From NCBI GenBank assembly GCA_913775595.1, contig CAJYLB010000001.1, positions 930,001-994,000 on the forward strand: a stretch of 64,000 nt of DNA, given 5' to 3'. Below the pieces are notes generated by a model, which searched no databases, was not told where the DNA came from, and saw only the letters and a program-made list of their open reading frames with translations. A program made the translations under genes and the position numbers. This document shows positions 1-8,747 of this stretch, one piece after another (the stretch's first letter is position 1; every line of letters begins with the position of its first letter). This stretch comes from an uncultured Aquiluna sp. (GTDB taxonomy: Bacteria; Actinomycetota; Actinomycetes; Actinomycetales; Microbacteriaceae).

Positions 1-2
1 GG

Positions 3-758
3 CTCCATGAGCTACTGCCACTGCTTGCGGAGGTGAACCTAGGTGGTACTGCCGTCGGCACCGAGCTGAACACTCCCCGCGGCTACACCAAGAAAGTTGT
101 CGCGGAGCTCAGCAAGCTGTCTGGGGTCAAGCTGACGTCCGCAAAGGATCTCGTAGAAGCCACGCAGTCTTCCGGTGTGCTGGTCACATTTAGCTCAGTC
201 CTCAAGCGCATTGCTGTGAAGCAGTCAAAGATTGCTAGCGACCTCAGACTCCTCAGCTCCGGGCCAAGGGCAGGGCTAAACGAGATAAACCTCCCGGAAA
301 AACAAGCTGGCTCTTCGATCATGCCGGGGAAGGTTAATCCAGTTGTCCCCGAGGTCATAAACCAGATTGCCTTCACGGTGATTGGCAATGACCTTACTGT
401 GACCATGGCTGCCGAGTCAGGCCAGCTCCAGCTCAACGCATTTGAGCCGATTATGGCCAGGTCAATCCTCATGAGCATCACCTACCTGCGAAACGGCTTT
501 GCGACCTTCACCAAGAACTGCGTGGATGGCATCGAGCCGAATGTGGACCTACTCAAGTCGGCTGTAGAGAACTCAATTGGCCTTGTTACGGTCCTCAGCC
601 CAAAGTTGGGTTATGAGAATGCCACCAAGGTTGCCCGCTATGCCAAGAAGAATGACTGCTCAGTTAGGCAGGCTGTCACGGAACTGACTCTCATGACAGA
701 AGCCGAATTCGATGCCGCTCTCGGCGACCTCGTCTCGATCGCGAAGCGAGCTCAGTAA
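3..758 (+). CDS. aspA: Aspartate ammonia-lyase, C-terminal part (5' end outside window)
   Basis: Fumarate lyase signature GSSIMPGKVNPVVPE; also NLGGTAVGT, SSGPRAGLNEINLP and GQLQLNAFEP. The frame is open to the window edge. Confidence 0.85.
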   Translation, partial: LHELLPLLAEVNLGGTAVGTELNTPRGYTKKVVAELSKLSGVKLTSAKDLVEATQSSGVLVTFSSVLKRIAVKQSKIASDLRLLSSGPRAGLNEINLPEKQAGSSIMPGKVNPVVPEVINQIAFTVIGNDLTVTMAAESGQLQLNAFEPIMARSILMSITYLRNGFATFTKNCVDGIEPNVDLLKSAVENSIGLVTVLSPKLGYENATKVARYAKKNDCSVRQAVTELTLMTEAEFDAALGDLVSIAKRAQ

Positions 759-2165
759 TTAGTTGCGCAGCGCCTTCGCCAGCTCCCTAAAGGAATCAAC
801 CAGCTTGTCCATGTCGGCTTGCTTGTGGGCAAGAGAGACAAGCCACTGCTCATCAAGTCCTGGAGGGGTTAGCACGCCTCTGTTGACACCCCAGAGCCAT
901 GAAAGCTCCGCAACCTCGAAGTCTGTTGCCTTGAAATCACGGTAGTTGCGAACTGGAGTCTCGGACCAGATGACAGCTCCCTTCACACCGAAACCAATGG
1001 TGTGGGCTGGTAGCTCGTACTCGGCAATCACCGCGTCAAGCTTCTTGAGGGTAGAAATGTTTATTGCCTCTGCCTTGCCTACCGCTGCCTCGGTTGCAAC
1101 CTCATCGACCGCAATCGCAGCTGCCATGACAAGTGGATTGCCGTTATAGGTCCCAAAGTGAGCCATGCGGCCGTCAACAACCGCGTCCATGTACTTCTGC
1201 TTACCGCCAAAGGCAGCGAGGGGGAAGCCGCCACCAATGCTCTTGGCAAGGCAGATGATGTCTGGCTCAACACCAAGCTTCTTGGCAGCTCCTGCAACAC
1301 CAGCGGTCAATCCGGTCTTCACCTCATCAAAGATCAAGGCAATGCCGTACTTATCGCAAAGCTCTCTCACACCCTTTAGATAGCCGGCGTCAGGCATGAT
1401 GATGGAAAGGTTCTCAACCACTGGCTCGACAACGAAGCATGCGATGCGATCGCCGTGTTCGATGAAGATTTCCTGAAGCCTCTCGAGGTTGTTGAAGGGA
1501 ACCGTGAAGACCTCTCCGGGCTCAACGTCGAATGGGACCTGCGGGGTTGGCGCATGAGCGTCGCCGATGTCCTCGAGGGCAGGCTTGACCGAGACTTGCA
1601 GCGGGTCATAACCACCGTGATAACCACCCTCGACCTTAACAATGGCCTTCTTGCCGGTGACAGCTCTTGCGGTCCTGATTGCATACATCGTTGACTCGGT
1701 GCCGGAGTTGGTGAACCTGATCATGTCAAGGCCAAAACGCCTCTTAAAACGCTCGGCTGCCTCCGTAGCGATTGGGGCAGGGGTAACGAAAAGAGTGCCC
1801 ACACTTCGCATTGCCTTCTTGGCAGCTGCAATGACCTTAGGGTGCAGGTGACCCACCAGCATTGCCCCGAATCCCATCGAAAGATCTAGGAGCTTCCTAC
1901 CGTCAATGTCCTTTACGTATGCACCCTTGGCGGAGACGATTGAAATTGGGTAGGGGTCCCAGTGCTGAAAACTTGAAGTGACGCCAAGTGGCAGGGTCTT
2001 CTTCGCTTGAGCGTTGTGGCTCCCTGAACCGGAGGTGGTCTTTTCGAATCTTTCCCACTCGCTAGCAAGTAGCTTTTCAACCTTGGCTCTATCGATTGGC
2101 TTTGAGGATGCTGGGACGTTTCTCCAGCCCGCAGGATCATGTTGCAGATTAATCTCTGTTTTCAC
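759..2165 (-). CDS. Class III PLP aminotransferase, glutamate-1-semialdehyde aminomutase-like
   Basis: RFTNSGTES, GGYHG, FDEVKTG, PLP-lysine motif LAKSIGGGFP, GTYNGNP. Confidence 0.8.
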   Translation of the reverse strand: MKTEINLQHDPAGWRNVPASSKPIDRAKVEKLLASEWERFEKTTSGSGSHNAQAKKTLPLGVTSSFQHWDPYPISIVSAKGAYVKDIDGRKLLDLSMGFGAMLVGHLHPKVIAAAKKAMRSVGTLFVTPAPIATEAAERFKRRFGLDMIRFTNSGTESTMYAIRTARAVTGKKAIVKVEGGYHGGYDPLQVSVKPALEDIGDAHAPTPQVPFDVEPGEVFTVPFNNLERLQEIFIEHGDRIACFVVEPVVENLSIIMPDAGYLKGVRELCDKYGIALIFDEVKTGLTAGVAGAAKKLGVEPDIICLAKSIGGGFPLAAFGGKQKYMDAVVDGRMAHFGTYNGNPLVMAAAIAVDEVATEAAVGKAEAINISTLKKLDAVIAEYELPAHTIGFGVKGAVIWSETPVRNYRDFKATDFEVAELSWLWGVNRGVLTPPGLDEQWLVSLAHKQADMDKLVDSFRELAKALRN

Positions 2166-2280
2166 TTTGTACTCCTTTGTCCTGCCATTGTCACCTAAGC
2201 GGAACTTTATAGCGAACTTAGAAGCCTATTTAGACTGAATCAGTTGAGGATTACTCGCTTTTTTGCGAAATCAGCAGTTT

Positions 2281-2751
2281 TTAGTCAAACCATTCAGTTG
2301 GCGGTCCGAGGAACAAAAGAAAGGCAAAGATTGCTGGCAGCACCAAAACAATGAGCAGAATCAACAGCACAGGCCTTGCGATAAACCACCTAAACAGCCT
2401 GTCTATAAAGCCCTTGTCCCTGGGGTCATCACTGGGCACTGTGCGCCAGGTGCCCTCGAGGGCATTTTGTCTTAGGAGCCGCCTGTCGAAAGGAACCGTT
2501 GCAAAGGGAACTATGGCGAGTGCCACAGCACCCGCGATCCTTCCAAAAGCCCAACGTTGATTTATGCCCACCAAAACTGCAACCACGCAGTAGCTGAGAA
2601 ACATAGCTCCGTGGATGCTTCCGGCAATCGTCACGGCATGCGGAATCAAATCACCCAGTGCTCTGGAAACGAGTGCTGAAATTAGCAGCCCCCAGGTGAT
2701 GGCCTCCCCAGTTGCAAAAAACTTGTAGATCGATTTTGGGCTGGTTCTCAA
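2281..2751 (-). CDS. DUF3817-like integral membrane protein
   Basis: EAITWGLL, GSIHGAMFLSY and AIVPFATVPFDR pattern; hydrophobic helices; AGGAGAG SD before the TTG start. Confidence 0.7.
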   Translation of the reverse strand: MRTSPKSIYKFFATGEAITWGLLISALVSRALGDLIPHAVTIAGSIHGAMFLSYCVVAVLVGINQRWAFGRIAGAVALAIVPFATVPFDRRLLRQNALEGTWRTVPSDDPRDKGFIDRLFRWFIARPVLLILLIVLVLPAIFAFLLFLGPPTEWFD

Positions 2752-2801
2752 GGTCTCTCCTAACAGCTAAAAGCCTAAGTCACTCCCCTAGGCTCGTAGC
2801 T

Positions 2802-3722
2802 GTGAAGCCAGCTCCGACCCGCCAATTAGCAATCCTTGCTGTGGTGGTGGCAGGTGGCTTCATGGCGGTCCAAGCAAGGGTCAACTCTGGTTTGGCAGCT
2901 GAGGTTGAAAGCGGCTTTCTGGCTGCGCTAATTTCTTTCTCGATTGGGCTCGTTCTCATCTCTGCAGTCTCCCTACCTCGTAAGGACTTCCGGACTGCTC
3001 TTAGAGACTCTCTCGGCGCAATTCGCGCGGGCAAACTTAAAGTCTGGATGCTGTTCGCAGGAGCTTTGGGCGGCTTCTTTGTTCTGACCCAGGGATTAGT
3101 TGCGGGCATCACCGGTATTGCGCTTTTTTCCTTGGGGGTTGTTACGGGCCAAACACTCTCAGCCTTATTGATTGATGGCAAAGGGCTCTTGGGTCTTGCA
3201 AGACGCAAACTCACCGGCAATCGCCTGTTCGGCTCGGCAGTCGCGATTGCTGGTCTAGTTCTTGCCTCCAGTCCAACTGTTGCGGGCTTTGACATCGCCA
3301 TTTTGGTTCCCGTGGTGGCCGGGATAGGAATCGGGCTTCAGGATGCCATCAACTCTCAGGTTGGCCGCGAAAGCGGTTCTGCCTCGGTAGCCACGTTTTT
3401 CAATTTCCTTGCAGGAACGCTGTTTCTGCTCTTGATGTTTCTATTGAGCCCAGTACAAGCCGGATCAGTCGACCTGGCCACCATTAACCCGGTTCTCTTC
3501 TTGGGAGGACTAGTTGGCGTCGGCTTTATCCTCATCCGGGTTGTGGTGCTGCCAGTGATTGGTTCGCTTGCAACTGGGCTATCGCTACTTGCGGGTCAGC
3601 TACTGGTTTCCCTGGTGCTTGATTTCTTAGCTCCGGTTGCAATCAGGGATATCACAGTCTGGACGCTCGCGGGGCTGCTGCTTGTGTTCGCAGGCGCCTC
3701 TTTTGCGATGCTCCGCCGCTAG
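2802..3722 (+). CDS. DMT family transporter (YdcZ/DUF606-like, two repeats)
   Basis: AVQARVNSGLA and GLQDAINSQVG repeats, about 10 TM segments. Start moved to GTG 2802, 7 nt after a TAGGCT -10 hexamer. Confidence 0.75.
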   Translation: MKPAPTRQLAILAVVVAGGFMAVQARVNSGLAAEVESGFLAALISFSIGLVLISAVSLPRKDFRTALRDSLGAIRAGKLKVWMLFAGALGGFFVLTQGLVAGITGIALFSLGVVTGQTLSALLIDGKGLLGLARRKLTGNRLFGSAVAIAGLVLASSPTVAGFDIAILVPVVAGIGIGLQDAINSQVGRESGSASVATFFNFLAGTLFLLLMFLLSPVQAGSVDLATINPVLFLGGLVGVGFILIRVVVLPVIGSLATGLSLLAGQLLVSLVLDFLAPVAIRDITVWTLAGLLLVFAGASFAMLRR

Positions 3723-4312
3723 AGCTTCTCGATCAGAACATCGGGGTGGTTGTCGAATCGATAACCCTTGCCGCGTGCTGTTCTAACAATGTCCTCATAG
3801 AGCCCGAGCTTCGAGCGGAGTCTCCGAACGTGTACGTCAATGGTCCTAAAGTTCGGTGTGGCCTCGCCGCAGCGCTCAGAGATTGACGCGATCGTCTCGC
3901 GGGTCACAGTCTCGCCTTCGTTTTCGATAAGAAGTGCGAGCAGCTCATACTCCTTGCAGGTCAGCGGGGCGTGAGTGCCATCGACAAAGACCTTCTTGCG
4001 GCTGAGGTCAACAACAACGCCCCTGGCTGCCTCGACCTCTTCGGGCTCTGGCTTCGCAGCTCGCACTGCCCTTGGTTCTCCTAGGGCAAGCCTGGTTATG
4101 TCGATTGCCCTTCCGCTTGCGTCCTCAGGCGCAATCGCTAGAGCTGCGTAGGTGTCATTTGCTGCTGCCGGGACTAGCTCTGCGAGTTTCCCCTTGAGGG
4201 CAGATGCGATATCCGCGAGGGTAAGGCCCGCTTGCTGGGCCTGCTGCTCAGTTATGCCTACATAGAGTGCGAAGCCCTTGGCCTCGGTCTGCTTTTTGGT
4301 TGCTGTTGTCAT
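3719..4312 (-). CDS. Orphan winged helix-turn-helix transcriptional regulator (OmpR/PhoB-type DNA-binding domain, no receiver domain)
   Basis: C-terminal LTCKEYELLALL...RTIDVHVRRLRSKLG...IVRTARGKGYRF. The N-terminal half lacks receiver-domain motifs. Confidence 0.85.
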   Translation of the reverse strand: MTTATKKQTEAKGFALYVGITEQQAQQAGLTLADIASALKGKLAELVPAAANDTYAALAIAPEDASGRAIDITRLALGEPRAVRAAKPEPEEVEAARGVVVDLSRKKVFVDGTHAPLTCKEYELLALLIENEGETVTRETIASISERCGEATPNFRTIDVHVRRLRSKLGLYEDIVRTARGKGYRFDNHPDVLIEKL

Positions 4313-4411
4313 TTTTATGAGTCCTTTGTGAGTGCATGGAAATTGGGTGCACGAATCACGTGCGTTTGTTGGGGTGCTGGTGCCTATTTGCTAATCAGTA
4401 AGCAAGGTTGA

Positions 4412-4501
4412 TTAGCGGCACATGCGCATGCACATGCACATTGCCATCGAGCAGGAGAACGCGGCGCCCGTGGCGCTCATCTCGACTGATCGACTACTCA
4501 T
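4412..4501 (-). CDS. Putative Cys/Met-rich leader peptide, 29 aa (MSSRSVEMSATGAAFSCSMAMCMCMRMCR)
   Basis: Hand translation. ATG at 4501 lies 8 nt after a TTGACA-N18-CATTAT promoter; stop at 4414-4412; same strand as and about 100 nt upstream of the wHTH gene. Confidence 0.7.
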   Translation of the reverse strand: MSSRSVEMSATGAAFSCSMAMCMCMRMCR

Positions 4502-4509
4502 TGCTGTAA

Positions 4510-4539
4510 ATAATGGGCCAACAGCCCTGCGTGTGTCAA
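4510..4539 (-). promoter_or_regulatory. Sigma-70-type promoter for a leaderless transcript
   Basis: -35 TTGACA (4539-4534), 18-nt spacer, -10 CATTAT (4515-4510). Confidence 0.55.
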
Positions 4540-4564
4540 ATTCTTACGCTTTGTTACGGATCTC

Positions 4565-5377
4565 TTAGACCCTGGCTAGAAGCCACTCGAAGAGGTCCTC
4601 TTCAACCTCGCTCTTGCAAAGATCATTGAGTAGCTCGTGGTGTCCGCCGGGGTAGATCTTGAGCTCCTTGTCCGGACTCGCAATTGCCTGGTGAAGGCCC
4701 ATGGAGTTTAGGTGCGAGGTTGAGGTGTCTTTGTTTCCGTGGATGATCAGCGTAGGCGCCTTCCAGTTATCGGTTGCGGCCCAAACCTGATCCGAGACCT
4801 CAAGCACCGTCTTTGCAACTAGGTTCTTTGCCTTGCCCTCGTAGAACAGCTCGTCTTTTTGAACCTCTGCCAAAAAGGCCTTGTCTCTTGAAAGAGCCTC
4901 GATGCCTGGCCTCGGAAGGGGCATTGGAGCACCGGGTGCAACTCTGGTCGAGACTGATGCCAGGATTCGCTCCCAGCGCTTCGAAGGAGTCTGCATGGCA
5001 GCGGAGCTGATCACGGCAGCTGAGATGTTGCCGCGTTCGCGAACTATGCTGGCGGCAGTAATAAGCCCGCCAAGGGAGTGTCCATAGAGAACGGTTGGAA
5101 GTCCGACAGGTAGACGGGAGCGAGCCTGCAGGTGGAGAGCAACGCCCTGATTGACATCAACCAGTCCACGCTCACCGGCAGTCCGACCGTGTCCGGGAAG
5201 ATCAAAGGCATAGACATCGATACCCTGCTGGTTGAGCTTTGGGATTAGTTCGCTGTAGAAAGAGAGATATCGCTCTGAATACTCCCCAAGACCGTGCATC
5301 AATAAAAGCTGCGCCCTTGGGCTTGCCGACTTCCAAGTGAAAGCCGCTACCGGAGCGCCGATGTCCCATGTAGCCAT
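4565..5377 (-). CDS. Alpha/beta hydrolase, lysophospholipase/monoglyceride lipase family
   Basis: HGLGEYSERY, DLPGHG, GHSLGG nucleophile elbow, HGNKD, HHELLND. Confidence 0.85.
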   Translation of the reverse strand: MATWDIGAPVAAFTWKSASPRAQLLLMHGLGEYSERYLSFYSELIPKLNQQGIDVYAFDLPGHGRTAGERGLVDVNQGVALHLQARSRLPVGLPTVLYGHSLGGLITAASIVRERGNISAAVISSAAMQTPSKRWERILASVSTRVAPGAPMPLPRPGIEALSRDKAFLAEVQKDELFYEGKAKNLVAKTVLEVSDQVWAATDNWKAPTLIIHGNKDTSTSHLNSMGLHQAIASPDKELKIYPGGHHELLNDLCKSEVEEDLFEWLLARV

Positions 5378-5540
5378 GAGTAAAGGCTAGAACAACCTCA
5401 TGCCAAACTCGCAGCTGGCTCTCCGAAATGGTGCAGCAGATAGCTAGTAAATAATTCTGAGGCTGTCTGGTGGGCTAACCTATAGGTACCTATGCGCCCA
5501 GCGTCGCGCGAGCTACTTCTTTAGCTAAGGACTAGAACCA

Positions 5541-6977
5541 ATGAGTGAAAAAGCAAACATCGGTGTCGTTGGGCTGGCCGTGATGGGATCAAACCTTGCG
5601 CGCAACCTCGCCTCTAGAGAGGGCAACAGGGTTGCCATCTACAACCGCAGTGTTGAAAAGACCAACCAGCTAACAAGTGAGCACCCAGAGGCGAACTTTG
5701 TTGCTAGTGAGACCATCGATGACTTTGTGGCATCGCTCGCAAAGCCAAGGACCGCAATCATCATGGTCCAGGCAGGGGCTGGCACCGACGCCGTAATCAG
5801 CCAGCTCACGGAAAGATTTGAGAAGGGCGACATCATTGTCGATGGCGGGAATGCCCTTTACACAGACACCATGAGACGCGAGAAAGAGGTCTCGGCCAAA
5901 GGAATTCACTTTGTTGGTGCAGGTATCTCAGGTGGCGAAGAAGGTGCCCTAAGAGGACCATCGATTATGCCCGGAGGAACCAAGGAGGCCTACGCAACCC
6001 TGGGCCCAATTCTTGAGTCCATTGCCGCGGTCGCAGAGGGAGAGCCATGTGTTACGCACGTTGGTACCGATGGCGCAGGGCACTTTGTGAAGATGATCCA
6101 CAACGGCATCGAATACGCCGACATGCAGCTGATCGCAGAGGCCTACGACATGCTCCGCCAAGCAGGAGGTTTCTCGCCGGAAGAAATTGCAGACATTTTC
6201 TCTGAGTGGAACAAGGGTGAGCTCGAGAGCTACCTAATTGAAATCACAGCTGAGGTTCTCAAGCAGAAGGACGAAAAGACCGGCAAGCCACTTGTTGATG
6301 TCATCCTGGATGCCGCAGGCAGCAAGGGCACGGGTGTCTGGACAGTGCAGACAGCTCTAGATCTTGGAACCCCGGTCTCGGGAATTGCAGAGGCCGTTTT
6401 TGCTCGCTCGCTTTCCGCGCAGTCAGCTCAGCGGGCGGGAAAGCCAGAGTTACCCGCCGCCAACCAGGTATGGGCGGTCGAAGACAAGCCAGCTTTTGTT
6501 GAGGCAGTTCGCAGGGCTCTCTACGCTTCCAAGATCGTCGCCTACGCCCAAGGCTTTGACGCAATCAGGGCAGGTGCCAAGGAATTCGACTGGGAGATCA
6601 ATCTCGGAGAGGTTGCAAGAATCTGGCGCGGAGGCTGCATCATCAGGGCGCAGTTTTTGAACCGCATAACTGAGGCTTACCGCAAGGACGAGAATCTCTT
6701 GTCGCTGCTCTTTGATGAGTACTTCGTTGCGGCTATTGCAGGAACCGTTGCGTCTTGGCGAGAGATTGTTGCCATGGCAGCACTGACTGGTGTGCCATCG
6801 CCTGCGTTTGCATCATCGCTGAGCTACTACGACGGACTAAGGGCAGAGAGGCTCCCTGCCGCGCTGGTGCAGGGACAGCGAGATTTCTTCGGAGCTCACA
6901 CCTACAAGCGAGTCGACGCCGAGGGCAGCTACCACACAATGTGGTCTGGCGATCGCTCAGAAATAAAGACCGACTAA
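5541..6977 (+). CDS. gndA: NADP-dependent 6-phosphogluconate dehydrogenase
   Basis: GLAVMGSNLARN, GISGGEEGA, VKMIHNGIEY, KGTGVWT, QRDFFGAHTY. Confidence 0.97.
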   Translation: MSEKANIGVVGLAVMGSNLARNLASREGNRVAIYNRSVEKTNQLTSEHPEANFVASETIDDFVASLAKPRTAIIMVQAGAGTDAVISQLTERFEKGDIIVDGGNALYTDTMRREKEVSAKGIHFVGAGISGGEEGALRGPSIMPGGTKEAYATLGPILESIAAVAEGEPCVTHVGTDGAGHFVKMIHNGIEYADMQLIAEAYDMLRQAGGFSPEEIADIFSEWNKGELESYLIEITAEVLKQKDEKTGKPLVDVILDAAGSKGTGVWTVQTALDLGTPVSGIAEAVFARSLSAQSAQRAGKPELPAANQVWAVEDKPAFVEAVRRALYASKIVAYAQGFDAIRAGAKEFDWEINLGEVARIWRGGCIIRAQFLNRITEAYRKDENLLSLLFDEYFVAAIAGTVASWREIVAMAALTGVPSPAFASSLSYYDGLRAERLPAALVQGQRDFFGAHTYKRVDAEGSYHTMWSGDRSEIKTD

Positions 6978-7877
6978 TTGCTCAGCCACTGGGTATTCAA
7001 GTTCATCCCAATGGCCCTGATTTGGGGCTCTAGCTTTCTATTTATCGAGCTGTCGCTCGAGCTCACCACCGCGCTCGGTGTCGCATTCTGGCGAACCGCG
7101 CTCGGTGCTGCGGCGATGCTGACAATTGGCTTTTTGCTCAAGATTCAGCTGCCAAAAAGGCTGAAGCAATGGGGGCATTTGTGGGTGGCTGGTTTTTTGA
7201 TGTCGGCATTTCCATTCACGATGTATGCATTCGCCCAGCAGTACACAACGAGCATCTTGGCCGCGATCCTGAATGCCACCACGCCGATCTTCACACTCCT
7301 TGCAATCCTCGCGATCTTTCGCGGCCAGAAGCAGTCATCAACCGCAATCATTGGACTATTGATCGGAATTGTTGGAGTGGGCATCACCCTCGGGGTCTGG
7401 CAAGGATTCGGAGACAATGACCAACTTGCGATTCTGGCGCTTGTTCTCGCAAGCATCTCCTACGGAATCGGGACGCCCTATATTCGCCGCCACATCACGC
7501 CCATGGCCCTCCCACCCACCTCCACTGCTGCGGTGCAGGTGCTAACAAGTTCACTAACGTTGCTCCCCTTCTATGTCCTCACCGGCCCACTGTTTGTGGC
7601 CGAACCAAGGCTTGAGACCGTTGGTGCGCTGCTGCTGCTTGGGGTTCTGGGCAGCGGAGTTGCCTACTGGCTCTTCCACCAGATTGTTGCCCAGGCAGGC
7701 AGTGCGGTCGCGGCAACTGTGACCTATACCAACCCGGTGATCGCAACCTTCTGGGGAGTATTGCTCCTTGGTGAGACCCTGCACTGGTACGAACCGGTTG
7801 GTGCGATCCTAGTTATCACCGGCGCCTACCTCACCCAGGGAAGAGGGCTAAAGCTGTTCGGAGTCAGAAAAAGCTAG
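6978..7877 (+). CDS. DMT/EamA family transporter
   Basis: LIWGSSFLFI, LNATTPIFT, VTYTNPVIA; two EamA repeats. Confidence 0.85.
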   Translation: MLSHWVFKFIPMALIWGSSFLFIELSLELTTALGVAFWRTALGAAAMLTIGFLLKIQLPKRLKQWGHLWVAGFLMSAFPFTMYAFAQQYTTSILAAILNATTPIFTLLAILAIFRGQKQSSTAIIGLLIGIVGVGITLGVWQGFGDNDQLAILALVLASISYGIGTPYIRRHITPMALPPTSTAAVQVLTSSLTLLPFYVLTGPLFVAEPRLETVGALLLLGVLGSGVAYWLFHQIVAQAGSAVAATVTYTNPVIATFWGVLLLGETLHWYEPVGAILVITGAYLTQGRGLKLFGVRKS

Positions 7878-8747
7878 CCAGATGTTCATCGGCCTAAAGC
7901 CGGCCTTTTCATAGAGCGCAACGGCACCAGTGGCATTTCCGGTGTCGACACCGAGTGCAACATCTTTGAAACCTCTCGCCACCGAGTAGGCGCAGCCCCA
8001 ACGTAATAGGAGCTCTCCGTAGCCTTTGCCGCGGTGAGACTTGAGGACACCGATCTTGTCAATAAAACCACCCTGGTTCTCTTGGCGATGGTTGGTGCAG
8101 ACCAAAAGCCCCACCGGCTCACCCTCCTCCTCTAGAAAGAACACCCCGTCTGGATCCTGCAGCACCTGTTCACGCTGCTTCTTCTCCCACTCGGCAAAGT
8201 CCTTCTGTTTGAACCCGTAATGCTCAGCGAAGGAGTCCATCAACAGCCGGTGCCAGGTAGCGCGCTCAGTATCAAACCCTGCTTGTCGAATCACGACTCC
8301 CTTGGGGAGTTTTGGGAAAGACTTGTCTGGCTGGTGGTTTCGCATGGTCCAGTACTTGCGGACCAAGTAGAAACCCAATGCCTCGATTGCCGCTTTGAGC
8401 TCCAAGTCCTTCGAGTTACACATTGCCCTCAGCTCAAACTCCGGGAAGTTCTCCTTTGACCACTCAAGCGCTCGGGCAAATGACCGTGCGTAGTCGTGTT
8501 TAGCCGGCAACCCAAAGACATCAATCTCAACGCGCTTTCGCTTTTTATCAACCTGCGCTGTGACGAGGTCTGTAATTACGCCATCGTCCTCGAAGACCTC
8601 GGCCTTCACCTCGTCATAGAAACCAGTTAGCTCTTCTCTGATCTCCTCAACGCTCGAGTCTTCAAACTCGGGATCGATAGCGCTGTCATGGGCATTGCAA
8701 AGAGCCACCAATTGGCCCAGGTCTTCCTCGCACCAGGGTCTAAACAT
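7848..8747 (-). CDS. GNAT family N-acetyltransferase (tandem GNAT folds)
   Basis: IGVLKSHRGKGYG acetyl-CoA motif; LGVDTGNATGAVALYEKAGF. Confidence 0.8.
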   Translation of the reverse strand: MFRPWCEEDLGQLVALCNAHDSAIDPEFEDSSVEEIREELTGFYDEVKAEVFEDDGVITDLVTAQVDKKRKRVEIDVFGLPAKHDYARSFARALEWSKENFPEFELRAMCNSKDLELKAAIEALGFYLVRKYWTMRNHQPDKSFPKLPKGVVIRQAGFDTERATWHRLLMDSFAEHYGFKQKDFAEWEKKQREQVLQDPDGVFFLEEEGEPVGLLVCTNHRQENQGGFIDKIGVLKSHRGKGYGELLLRWGCAYSVARGFKDVALGVDTGNATGAVALYEKAGFRPMNIWLAFSDSEQL

